Notes: generated from the sequence alone by a model not told the origin. Counted from the stretch's first letter, positions 21,826-34,238 are shown. The stretch is 36,148 nucleotides of DNA from Trichoplax sp. H2 (GCA_003344405.1 NOWV01000237.1:62001-98148), one strand, 5' to 3'. A program made the numbers and translations.

Positions 21826-24800
21826 CACCTTTATACTGTTGTTTTCGTCAACCCGTGATGTTATTCATTGTCAACAATAGGCGTAAGTGAAAGTGATATT
21901 AAAGCATCGTCATAGGCCGATATCGAAAGCAGAAAGGGAGCGTTTTGTTCTGCTAACAGTGGACTCAAAGAAGCTCCAAATAGTCGTCGATCTACACCTT
22001 GTAAATTATCTTTCTTGCCAAGAATTTCCACTACTTTCCTATAATCGGATACGTATTTTACTGCGAGACATTCATCCAATTTTATATACTGTACAGCACA
22101 GACTACTAAAAGAAGGGAAAGGATGTGCCGTTGTGCAGTAATAGGTACTGTTTCATGAATGACTGTACCCGACTACGCGTATTAGCATATACAGTATACG
22201 AGAACTTGAACGACTAACTATCGGGTCTTTTACTTCAATTATCAACTAACATTAGCCAATAAATGTTTCTATTCAGGATACCAATGAATTCACGGATAGC
22301 TATTCTAGACTAGGACTGTGTCGTAGGATTCGAATAGAAACGTTATCCTGCATACAGGAGACCACTGATAAGCTGAAGCTTTTACAAATAAGCTCATCAT
22401 CAATCTCTTGCAAATGATAGGCCTAGTACAATGACTAGAAATTTGTATTACACGACTTTATGGATTTTAAAGTCATTGATAATGACAATAAAGTACATGT
22501 ATACGTATACTTGTAAGATCATTGCCACAATCTTATTCCAATCTTTAACCTGAACATAACTGAGTGTCGATCTGAGAAAGGTTCGGAAGCGTGCAGTCGT
22601 CCACTTTTTATTCCGAGTAGCCTTCCCACAAGTGATAGATATACACTAGATATTATAGACGTATTAGTATTATTAAATTACTAGCCAATGTGGCAATACA
22701 ACTACGGTATTGGTATTATTATATACGATGATCATATCAGTTAGGCAGCTATGCAGTTTATTTGCCCTAATTCCTACAACGTTACAAGTCTATCATAACA
22801 GGTTGTAGCGTAGCAGAGTAGGATTGTAAAGCTTCTCTTAGACTATAGTTCATTGATAAGTGAAGCAGTTTCTTCTTATCCGTATACTGTAGCTTTCATT
22901 GCTTCATTGATTGTTACACAAGCATGCAATGGTTGTCATCATATTAGATAGAGTAATCTCTCAACTGTCTAATTTTTCAACCATTATGCAGCAAGCTAGG
23001 AAACCGCTATATCTATTCTTGATGATGGCTTAAGCTGCTCATTTTAGAACTAAATCATAAGCGCCAAGGCAACACTTGTGCTTATTGCATGTCGACTGAA
23101 TAAAGGGTCCAAATTTACTGCAGTATTCTGCTACGAAATCGATTCAATCGTATAGATGAATAATAGCACAGGTAGTTGAGGTAATGTAGCTGATGGTCTG
23201 ATAAAGAGTTGGTATAAAAGATATAGTAAGAGACAGGTTTTTATGGATGAGCAAGATGAGCTGAGAGTACGAAAGCGAATCATTAAAAGAGTCAATGTAC
23301 AGTGAACTAGAATACCTGTACAGAACTAATTGGTGCTAACGTCTGATTAGCCACTACTACAGTAGCGAAATACAGGGTATATGACCGTTTCTAATTTCGA
23401 TCGGTTATTTCTTTGTGATATGACTCGGAGTCGAAATCGCGTAGCCTTCAAGCCTTTCTAAAATGGGTAAATCGATATCCATAGCCAGGCCATTGACATT
23501 ACTAAACTCTATTCAAGTGCCTAACCGATTGATTGGTATATTTGTAATTAAGCTATTGGAAAAATTATCCTAATGGATTTACCATCAGACGTGCTTGCTA
23601 AAACTACGTTTCTTCAGTACTCTTAAATGGCAGTGTTTGTGTATTGTAATGAAGCTACATAAAGCTTAACAGTACTCATACAGTATACCAGTATTACTTG
23701 TTGGAGTTTCTTACAGTAGCATCGATGTGATTATAGTTAGTTAGTTAGTTCTAGATTTCGTCCCACCAACATATCTATCTCTACTCTCTAGTCATCAAAA
23801 TGAATCAATAGAAGCAACCTGATGCGCGATATCAATTATGGTGCAGGTACCACAAATTGAGTGCACTGCCACAAAACATCGAGGTTAACGCAAACGCAGA
23901 GTAAAGGTATTTTAGCTGGTAGCAATTTCGCCAGAGCGAAGCAAGTAAAACTAAAATTCCTTACAAACCCGAGGAATATGGTTAAGATGTCTTCAACGTT
24001 GTACTTTTATTGATTATTAAGAATCCACGACAGCGGCTATCAGGTAGAATGGATGTGAGTTAAAGTGCACCTTCGTTATTTCCAATTGTACTACTGCATA
24101 CTCGGAATGAGTATTGCTTATGCTCGACTGAAGGTCTCTACAAATATTCGTACAGTCACTGTGAAAATCTGACCGTTGTCTTTAAATTCAGCCGGATTCC
24201 AGTATCAACTTACCACGACTGCAAAATGTAAAAGTAAAAATTGACAGTATGCTTTTACAGTACTATTCTCGCGGCGTGTTGATTGATTCTGTTAGTCTTG
24301 CAAAGGTAAATCCGGTTGTTTCCATGATTGGATACCGTCTGAAATTTGTTAAGCTCTTTATATCAGCAATTCAGCATACGAGTATGGACGTAAGAAAAGT
24401 AGTTTTGGAGAATTGTGTAGGCAATCTTCTCTAAGATGAACATTTCAGCATCGAACTAGAATACACGTATACAAGAGTTATTACAAGCTCATTCTTGTTG
24501 GTTTGTAAATATCTAGCGCATATATAGCGTGTGTTAAAATATTCAGTCGAAAAAGTGGACAAAATGCAATATCATGGCGCACATGAGTTTTTAAAAGTAT
24601 TTTAAAGGTTACCAGCAGTAGAACAGTACAATAATGCGCGATTTTGGGGGATCAATTTTTCTCACTACTTGAACTTGTACTTGATATTAAAGGCTGTCTC
24701 ATTTCCTTACTATTCTAGCCATGGGCCCAAAATTACGTTCACAAGCTTACTCGTATCAAGACTGAACACTGCAAAAACTTTCGACTTTACTAATGTTGTC

Positions 24801-25319
24801 CACTAAAGGTAATTGTGAATAAGTGCATCGACCTACAAGCATGGTACAGTATGTACTACAGTAGGCCGCTGGATTGTCGACTTGTATTTTTCAACAATAC
24901 TACCGTTAGCAATGAAAACATGAGACTTTATTTGAAGTATCATCTGCCTAGTTTGTAGCCTTCAATACGCCAACATGAATTCAAGGTTCAAAACTTGGAA
25001 AGTGATTCTTCATATAAGGAGTCTCGTTTTGATGGCTATAAGTAGTCCGTCTTTCAAGGAGTCAAGTAGAGAAGGTAAATCAATATTTTCAGCGCTACTA
25101 TTCCAGTGGTTGGGTCTATTGGCGGGGCTACAGTCAATTCTCTTCTTCCCCAGCCTAAAAATGAAGAAAAAACTTGGACATTGAGCAGACTTTTAGTGCA
25201 ATGGGGGAGGCTGATTGCTAGACCTGATAGTGATTGCACAGCACATTTTCTGCTCCATTAAAGATGGAGGGAGATTGGAGGATCGTTTTTGGATGTGGGA
25301 GACGTTCGGGCCGGATCTT

Positions 25320-25445
25320 CTACAGTACAGTACCGTCTACTGTACAGTATGTACATTGTACAGTACCGTCTACTGTACTGTACAGTATGTACAGTACATT
25401 GTACAGTACAGTACTGTACAGTACTGTAGGAGTTGTACTGTAGTG
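25320..25445. repeat. (ACAGT/ACTGT)n low-complexity repeat
   Basis: TACAGTACAGTACC...TACTGTACAGTA runs; a shorter version lies at ~25782-25855. Confidence 0.85.
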
Positions 25446-25862
25446 TGAACTGACGTCACGTGTTGGTTGAGACTGCGCACTGCATAGCCTAAAACCGTCC
25501 AATTGACTATACTGTACACTGTCCAGTCCANNNNNNNNNNNNNNNNNNNNAGAAGGTAAATCAATATTTTCAGCGCTACTATTCCAGTGGTTGGGTCTAT
25601 TGGCGGGGCTACAGTCAATTCTCTTCTTCCCCAGCCTAAAAATGAAGAAAAAACTTGGACATTGAGCAGACTTTTAGTGCAATGGGGAGGCTGATTGCAC
25701 AGCACGTTTTCTGCTCCATTAACGATGGAGGGAGATTGGGAGGATCGTATTTGGATGTGAGAGACGTTCCGGCCGGATCTTCTACAGTACAGTACAGTAC
25801 CGTCTACAGTATGTACAGTAATGTACAGTATAGTACAGTACAGTATGTACTGTAGTGTGAAG

Positions 25863-25874
25863 TGACGTCACGTG
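25863..25874. promoter_or_regulatory. Overlapping full CRE (TGACGTCA) and E-box (CACGTG) in the putative MARCH5/CPEB promoter (duplicate at 25451-25462)
   Basis: The motif is seen directly, ~250 bp upstream of the proposed MARCH5 ATG; function is inferred. Confidence 0.45.
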
Positions 25875-26125
25875 TTGGTTGAGACTGCGCACTGCATAGC
25901 CTAAAACCGTCCAATTGACTATACTGTACACTGTCCAGTCCAGTCAATAAAGAGACTGCTCGTATACTGACTGGTGATTGACTTTGGTCGCAAGTCGTTG
26001 TTCCTCTTTGCCAACTCGTCTTAACCCAATCACCTTCACGTGGATTCTAGAATTGATATAGTGACTTGCAATCATCTTGGTGTTTCTTATTTCGGACAAG
26101 CCAATTACAACCTATGCGATAGAAA

Positions 26126-29009
26126 ATGTCTCTTTCCAGGCCCAGAAAAAGGTAACATTTGCCCATGTTGAACTGTATGATTTTGAAAAACTTGGATGGG
26201 ATTTCTTCAGTTATTCCATTTCACTACAGTAGTTTACAGTACCATGAAACCAAGCGGACTGTACTGTATAGTTTGCTATTTGTACTGTAATAGGCAGTGA
26301 TGTACAGTGTCGAGTGCAGCGACGGAAATAGGGCATGGCCGTTTTCCACACTCGCATCATGATCGAGTTCAAGTTGTAGTCGTTCTAATCCACTTGCATA
26401 CATATCATGTACGAGGGAATAGATTCAAGACAATCATTAGGAATCAAAGTATGGATATCGATCGATATGGCTAAGTCAATAATGTGAAAACAAGAGCAAA
26501 CTCTCCACTAAGAGGATTGTAACTCACATCTGGACAGTGGACACTATGTCAATATGCTTGCATCATGATGATGAAGAAGAAGAAGCTTAGTCTGCCAATG
26601 TTATAGTCTCCTCCAAATCATCATTACTTTCCTAAGCATTGAATCTTCAATGGGTGCCAATCATAAAATGATGACTGGGTAATATTAGTTCGGCGATTAC
26701 AGTACTGTGGATTTCATTTTACACTAAACAGCAATTGAAAAATGGACAGGATTCACTGCTTTCGCTGTCGTTGAACTAGAAACTGTACAATACAACATAC
26801 TGAAGTTAAATACTCGTATCTTTTGTCATCATGGAGTGCATGAGTTGAAATTGCTGTACTGTATATTGTTCATCAACCAAACTTGACAAGATAGACAGTA
26901 GTAGGTACCCTTACGGGATCTCTTGATATTTTCATCTATTAAGGCCTCTGAATAGATCAAGTTTTACCACTACTATAGTCATATCATTCATCTCCTGCTT
27001 GATTGCATCATACTAATTAATCTTCTCTCGTAATTCGTATGTCCAATGAGGAAAGTAAATGCTCATTCCGTGACCTGTGTTTTAGCGTTGCACATTAAAC
27101 ATACGCTTACTTTTAATAATTAATTATTTGATACTGTACTTACTGCACTACAGTACAGTATACCTATACAGCATACAACTTTTGCAGACTGTATCAAATC
27201 CGATGTTGCACAACGGAATGATAAAAAACAGTACCAACTGAAATCTTCAAGTTTTAGATACATACACTTGATCAGCAAACGATCCTATCAATAGGATAGT
27301 AGTCGTCGCTAAAGCAAGCATAGCCTTTACTATACCACTAATCATCATGCTGTACAATGTACATAAATGGCCTACAATACTAAAGATCCGTCTGTTTACC
27401 AAATGATAGCCAAGTGTACGAAAATCGACAGTATGCTGATGTGCTTGTATCTACAGTACATTCATGACCGATCTACACTATAGTACAGCTTGAATATTAC
27501 TAATGCACAACGGAGTAGTTATGCTGCATCAACACTAGGATAATGATCTACCGAAGATTGAGGTACTGCAATTTTTTGAATATGAACACAACTGACAGTA
27601 GTTTAGGATTACGGTCAATTTTGCAAACATCGAGTCATGATGGAATTTGCTTAACGCTGAACACTGCTTGAATAGTATCTTGCTAACGTATAGTACAAAT
27701 ATAAAGTAACCAATGCTGATTTGGCGTATTCGTGTGAATAATTTGCTTGTTATACCGTACGTCAACCTACACCTACATTTTACCATTAGCAATATGGAGC
27801 AATAATTGGATGAAAAGCATCTAGCATCCATGATCATGTGTCATGGGTAGATATGTAACATCAGAGAGAGAATCGTATTCTGCTTCATCAATACCTATCA
27901 TGCTCTTTTGCGTTATACTACTAGTGCTATGCTGTACGGTAGAAAGCCGTATACTGCAGCAGCCAATACAGTATAGTGGATGACTTAAACAATTTCACTC
28001 ATATTGGCTCCTTTTGATCAACTTTAGTGAGATTATAAAAAGAACGTGTTGGATATGCTTCGGAGACGAAGATGATGATTTAGAAGCTGAATGGACTCAT
28101 CCTTGCAATTGTAAAGGAACTTCTGCATGGGTCCATCAGGCTTGTTTGCAACGTTGGATTGACGAAAAACAAAATGGAGTTGCCGATTTTGCGGTTTCTT
28201 GCCCACAATGTGGTATTGAATACATCATCGCTTATCCACAAAGAGGATTTTTAATGAAATTACTTGATGCTGGTGAAAAAGTGACGGATGCTCTTTCACC
28301 TTACATTACCGTGACCATATTATTAGGCAGCCTCTATTGGTCTGCTGTATCTTACGGTGCTGTAACAATGGTCCAAGTTTTAGGACATAATGACGGCTGG
28401 AATTTGATAGAAAAATCGGATCGACTGCCATTGGTAATTGGACTTCCTGCTATACCACTAATTTTAGTTTTGTATAAAACCGTTGCATGGGAAGACCGAT
28501 GCTTGCGCTGGATTCGACAAACATCGCATAAATATAGTGTTACAACACCGGAAGACCGACCACAACGAGTTCCAGCGGAACCTACTCATAGCACAGATTT
28601 GTCATCGTTATCAAGGATAATATGTGGAGCATTAGCTTTACCAACTATTGCCGTCACCTGCGGTAACCTATTCTACGGAAATTATTCTCTCTCAAATTGG
28701 CAAAAAGCCTTAATGGTAAATGGAGTACAGTCGATGTAATATCATTCAATTTTCTTTTACTATACACTCAGCCACAATATTATAGAATATTCAAGTCATG
28801 ATTTGATATACCGTACACTTAGTAGATAGAATAATTCCCTTTAATTCTTGCACTCAAACTGACTATAGCAATTGATAGATTGATTGATTTATCTTTTACA
28901 GGGTGGTGCAACGTACGTCATTTTACGAGGTGCCGTCAAAATGTATTATAAACAGCAGCAGTATGTTCAGCAGGCTTGTCGAAAGATTTTAAATTATCCA
29001 GTTGACTGA
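26126..29009 (+). CDS. MARCH5: E3 ubiquitin ligase MARCH5/MITOL (RING-CH plus transmembrane segments), ~273 aa, 3 exons
   Basis: Exons 26126-26151 (MSLSRPRK, phase-2 AG|GTAACA; tentative), 28028-28715 and 28902-29009. RING-CH: CWICF...WTHPCNCKGTSAWVHQACLQRWIDEKQ...CPQC. Also YWSAVSYGAVTMVQVLG, GLPAIPLILVL, SRIICGALALPTIA and C-terminal YYKQQQYVQQACRKILNYP, all diagnostic of MARCH5. Confidence 0.95.
28028..28715 (+). CDS. MARCH5: MARCH5 main exon
   Basis: Within ORF 28014..28739; TTTAG acceptor at 28027 and ATG|GTAAAT donor at 28715. Confidence 0.95.
28902..29009 (+). CDS. MARCH5: MARCH5 last exon (GGATYVILRGAVKMYYKQQQYVQQACRKILNYPVD*)
   Basis: TTTTACAG acceptor, phase 0, matches the conserved MARCH5 C-terminus. 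Confidence 0.93.
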   Translation, partial: GGATYVILRGAVKMYYKQQQYVQQACRKILNYPVD

Positions 29010-32003
29010 TAGAGTACGCGTACACTCTAATAAGATGCATAAGGGAAAGGCAAAAAGTGTTTGGGTTATTTATTGGACATTTTGCTAAAATATCAACATT
29101 TATCAAAATCGATACAAAGTAGTAAGATTCGGAAATTTTATTGGAGCGAGATATTTCCAACCAAAGGATATTTCTAAAGAGCATACCAACTATTTTTGTA
29201 TCACCTGTTTATCAAATTGATGATTCTGCGTAAGTAATTTAGATGATATTAAATTTTCTGTATCAATTAAAACGAATCTGCACCTAACTCTGAAATAAGA
29301 TATACAGTATCTAAAATTGGAGCAGTCAATACATACTCGTATTATCACCAGCTTATGATTTTTGGATGTGTTACATGATGCTAGTTTCTATACGGCGTCA
29401 GTGATGCTCTCATATATTTTATATATATATATTTCCATAGTTTGGAACTTACAGTAAATTTCTGTTTTGCAAACCTAACTAAAAGTAATTTTACCACGTT
29501 CTTTCTAAATTGACTCACTTTACTTGCCTTGTCGCTGATTTGTTACTACAGAATAGTACAGCATAGTATATTGTAAGATATGCGACAATCACTATGTGAT
29601 AATAATTTTATTTAAATAATAGAATGATGCATTTCATTATTAATGTAAATTTGATTGATGAATGATCTTGCTATCTTGAAGAAATTAAAATTTCAATTAT
29701 TGCATCGAATTGACAATATATCCTGAAAATTGAATATACGTATGTAAAGTGGACTTTGCTTTATATTAAATATGAACCGTACTAAATAAAATTTGATACT
29801 TGTAGCTGTCGTTTATTATTTTTAAAGATTTTTTTCCATCAGCAATGATCTATTACAGCATTGTTCAATAGACTACTAACAGTTAAAAAGGAGTGCATTG
29901 ATTTACGCCAATACGAACGCGGGTTAAAATTTTTTAGCGGTTTAGTCACTATTATTAAAATGTCACAATAATGCTAATAAAATCGAAATCACCTTGTTGT
30001 GTAGTGTACTACTTCATCAAAGGCTACTGATTAATTGACTATGGTACCATTATTTCATAGGCTATGATTCATACGTATATAGATGTAAATTGTTATGATA
30101 TGATTGCTACTCTACCCTCAATTTATGTACTGCACACACGCCATGTAAAATTATGGAAATTGATTCAATACAGGCAAGCTACGTTGCTAGAATAGGATTA
30201 ACAATGTCTTTGCGATGTTATTGAAGTCAGGATAACTGTGGCATTATCTTACTATCAATACTATTACCAATAGCATGTAAGACTTGTTAAATCTCCGACA
30301 ATGAAATAACTATTGTATTGAATTCCGAATATTTGCAATACTGCAAGTACCGTTAATTGCTCATTCGAACAATCCATTGGAGGATAAAAGTCAACAAATG
30401 CACTGACAGAATAGGCTTGATTAAAGTTAATAGCAATTAATAATCCTTTTTACGTGACTCTCTATCTTATTTTAATTAATAATTAATAGCCCTTGATGAT
30501 ATTACTCACTTCTACAGTATATTGATCAAGATAATTAATTCAATTGATTATCGCTATCATTTAGTTCGATTTGAACGACAATCTGTGAAATCTTACTCAA
30601 TAAACCGTCCTAGAATTATTCGAGAAATCATGGCCAAATTAAAATAGTTGCTTTTATTTTTTAATGCAGATATTAGCGATCTTACGTCAATTGCTTTGAA
30701 AGATCAGTCATCAATCTATGCATTATCAAATAGAATTAGAAGTGAATTGTATAAAAATGTTAAGTCACCTTTAATAACAAATATTAGTTATCTACTTTAA
30801 TGTTCTGCATTACGCATAATTATATCCGCAGCGTAGCAACTCCTTTTCAATGAACGTTTACTATATCGTTTACAGAAAGAAAAATTCAGGAATATTGAAA
30901 AATAATTACAATGTACGAATTTCATTCACATCCATTCAATCTTTATCACGTTTGCACTAGGTTTCCACTCTTTAAGTGACATCATTACAGAATAATTTTG
31001 ACATACTGAATAAATAAAATGCCTTTCATTGGATCTTTTGATGATAAATATGATAACGATATTGTACTTACTTAATACCATGTCGATTTTTTTCGTAGTA
31101 GTCAAAAAATGGTACATAAATGGGACAAAACAGCAGAATCTATTCGTATAATAGAATATTCTCTATGAAAGAGAATGCAATCTACAAAATAAGTAGCCTA
31201 TTCTAGTTTATAAGACGTACTTACAATCTTCTGAGGTATTTTTAACACCGAATTATTTAAATATATAGGTAAGATTGTCAACTTTAACATATGGTAGATA
31301 GAGAATTGAAGTTTTAAGATTTGACAACATAACAAATAGCCCTTCTAACTTATATTCCGCATCAATTTTCATTCATGGGCATCTTAGAATGCCTATTATA
31401 GTATATTATCACTGCAATCTCAAACATTAGGGATAGAGAGCTATGCTTTCACATTAATTTCATTATTATTATGCATGGTGCCTTATTATTGATTAAATAT
31501 TTTGATAAAAAAACCTTCAGGGCCTACCATACTCAAGGTTATCGACTGAAAATAGTCAAGTTAATCTTCCAAAAGGAATGGTATTTGGAGGGCAACTTAG
31601 GGTACTATGTGCCTTGGTTGCTATTGGTAGAGTATTCTTCTAATGCATTGATTGGGTCTTTGACCGTCTTACGCTGACCATACTCATATCGTATTGACAT
31701 TGCAATTGAATTCCATCATTACAGCTGCTGCTTACCTTTACTTTAATAGTACTGTATGCAATTCATTATGAATTCGATGAATACAGTAGTTAGTTTAGTT
31801 TGCCAACTGATGTATACAGTAGTATTGACAATATCTGTGCTACATCGCTTTGTAAAAGACGGTATCGTGTGATGCTTGGATTTGTCACTCAATTATAGAT
31901 CATTAAAGTGCCAATTGTTTATTTGGTTGATTGCATATAGGATAAGCCATTGCAGAAAGCAATATACCAGACAATTTTAGTACAGTTCATGTCATTTAAA
32001 GTT

Positions 32004-32510
32004 TTACGCATTGTGCACTAAATTGTTGAATAAATGGCCGTCTTGAATAGGAATACACTGCAGGCAATAATTGCGGTTGTGATTGTTGTCCCAAAATTCT
32101 TGTCCAGCACAACGGAAGGCAATAGCAAATTGTACTTGACGAATTTCTTCTTCATCAGGAACATTGAATTCAAAAGCAAAAGTATCCGCATAGCCCCTAT
32201 TTGAATCCTTTAAGTGATAAGCAGGTAAATCTTGATAGGTACGCCAATCGTTCAATGTATACCGAATCAAAACTACTTTTTCATAAGCAAGATTTTTCAC
32301 TTTGACCGTAGCGAAGCATTTCAAGCGATCAATAACCACATTTTCTAGCTTAACACAATTTTGGCGTAATTGATCCCAGAAATCGCGCAAATAGATGGGA
32401 GTAATAAATGTTGCCTTGAGTTGTTTATGTGAGCTTCCATCAGGCGATAGATTAAAATTGTAACCACCAGTCGGTGTCCGAGGGTTATTTCTATCGTTGG
32501 GTGATTGCAT
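32004..32510 (-). CDS. PPP1R3: CBM21 glycogen-binding protein, PP1 glycogen-targeting subunit (PPP1R3B/C-like), 168 aa
   Basis: VKLENV, TVKVKNLAYEKVVLIRYTLNDW, DTFAFEF and EFWDNNHNRNY are CBM21/PPP1R3 signatures. An in-frame TAA lies 5 codons upstream of the ATG, and a probable 5'-UTR intron has a GTAAGC donor at ~32628. Confidence 0.9.
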   Translation of the reverse strand: MQSPNDRNNPRTPTGGYNFNLSPDGSSHKQLKATFITPIYLRDFWDQLRQNCVKLENVVIDRLKCFATVKVKNLAYEKVVLIRYTLNDWRTYQDLPAYHLKDSNRGYADTFAFEFNVPDEEEIRQVQFAIAFRCAGQEFWDNNHNRNYCLQCIPIQDGHLFNNLVHNA

Positions 32511-32849
32511 GTATGGAGACGATTACAACATCGGCCAGTTCACCTTGTACACCAAGTCACCGACACAAGATAGGAAAAATACATACAGAACAGCGTTAGT
32601 CAATTGATGCCAAAGGCAATTAGCTTACCACTGATGCTAACCTCATCCAAATTGGCTTAGATGATTGCACTTTCAACTAATTTTGCATACGCTGTGTTGA
32701 GCAATTTCAAGCCAAATCAATGCACCACAAGTCCACAATGGACCAACCTGGTTCTCTTCTTGTACTTGATTTTCCCCTTTATTGCCAGTACTTATAACGG
32801 ATCTGGTACAGTCCGGATTGTAACGGAACGTACTGTTACACTCTATCGG

Positions 32850-32905
32850 TGACGTCAAGCGCATCAGGAATCCTCTGGTCAGATGGTTCTGGAATCAACC
32901 GGAAG
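32850..32905. promoter_or_regulatory. Full CRE (TGACGTCA, 32850-32857) and ETS-like CCGGAAG (32899-32905) in the putative PPP1R3-like promoter
   Basis: Motifs lie in a locally GC-richer patch upstream of the gene; function is inferred. Confidence 0.4.
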
Positions 32906-33769
32906 ATGACGGCGCACGTCTAGTGCAGTACAGTACATAGTACTGTGCACTGTAGAAGGCATCTCGGAACTTCTTTCTTTACCAAGTCCATTGAGTACAG
33001 CCAGTAGAAACGCTTTTGCCCTCCAGATTCATCCCCAGTGTAAAGACCTGCTATCAGAGGGCCTATCGAGGATATCGAGTGATATACATTTCATTGAAAA
33101 TCGACAAAAATTTCAATTTTGGGTTTTTAAAATTTATCGGGAAAAAGTTCTGGGACAACTTGTACTTTATTAGAGTATCACTGAGGGTGTCTCATAAAAA
33201 ATCGACGACGATTGAAGTGATATGAAAACACAATTTCAACACCAAATTAGACAAATTTGGTATCAGTCTATTGCAAAGAAGACGCTTTATGTAAATATCT
33301 AATTTAAATGTACATAAATTGATAAGATGAGCTGAAATTCTGCACACGGATGATTTTACTGTACTGTAGTTCTTTATTATTGAGCTGAACTCCAATCCTT
33401 ACCATCTATTCAAATAATTTGTTCGGATTTTGCACCTGATGCGCATTGGCAAAAGATCGATTTTGATGATACTGTGCAGTGTACAGTACAGTACAGGCAC
33501 TTATACTGTACAGTACAGTATATTATGCAGTACTGGATTTAATCAATCAATGATAAATGATATGGGTAAACCCCAGCACAAAGTGCAGGTGCAATCTAGT
33601 AATTATTATTATTAATTTTGAACTCCAAGAACATGCAATATGCTAAACAAGTGTACAATACAGCGTCCAGTACTGTACTGTACATTTGTAATTTACTCTT
33701 CCTTTTCCAACAAATAATAGGAATTCGTTACTTCATCGACACAATCAATATAGCAGAAGATAGTCAATA

Positions 33770-34238
33770 AGTTCAAGTATCTGCATTGCAAGGTGCTTTT
33801 CATTTTACTCGAGCACTTACTGTACTGTATGGGCTCGCTTCTTAGGTACAGTAAAGTACAGTACAGTACTGTGCTGGACTGTGAATCGACTGCAAAAGAC
33901 GCATCAAGAAAATACTGTAAATGGCGCCTTTCTGGGGTAATAACGGTCCTACTTTGACCAGCTAGAACTTATTTCACAGCTAATTTTAGCTTCGTATATG
34001 AGTTCATGTATCTGCAATGCAAGGTGCTTTTCATTTTACTCGAGCACTTACTGCACTGCACTGTAACCCGAACTGGCTCGCTTCTTACATACAGTACTAC
34101 TGTATAGTACAGTACAGTACAGTACTTGGAATCGACTGTAAAAGACGCATCAAGAAAATACTGTAAATGGCGCCTTTCTGGGGTAATAACGGTCCTACTT
34201 TGACCAGCTAGAACTTATTTCACAGCCAATTTTAGCTT
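33770..34238. repeat. ~230-bp tandem duplication (33770-33992 and 34001-34238) upstream of the cupin gene; each copy has a YY1-like AAATGGCG
   Basis: Near-identical AGTTCA.GTATCTGCA...AATTTTAGCTT blocks with no N gap between them. Confidence 0.92.

Larger units (their letters stand above)
18770..24330. repeat. ~5.5-kb direct duplication, copy 2 (probable haplotype B)
   Basis: Begins GTGGACTAGGG (equivalent to 13765) right after the gap and ends CCATGATTG (equivalent to 18749). Confidence 0.95.
25070..25942. repeat. ~0.4-kb direct duplication (25070-25530 and 25551-25942) flanking a 20-N gap at 25531-25550; probable uncollapsed alleles
   Basis: Both copies run AGAAGGTAAA...GTCCAGTCCA and differ mainly in the length of the ACAGT simple repeat and a small indel. 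Confidence 0.93.

Noticed and set aside
13765..24330. LTR or transposon interpretation of the 5-kb direct repeats
   Set aside because: No TG...CA ends, target-site duplication or RT/transposase ORF, and the boundaries coincide exactly with the assembly gap.
25215..25855. Y/S/T/V/Q-rich ORFs
   Set aside because: They are products of the ACAGT simple repeat, and one crosses the N gap.
28014..28027. ORF-track TTG start for MARCH5 and read-through to 28739
   Set aside because: Both ends are intronic; splice sites at 28027 and 28716 restore the conserved protein.
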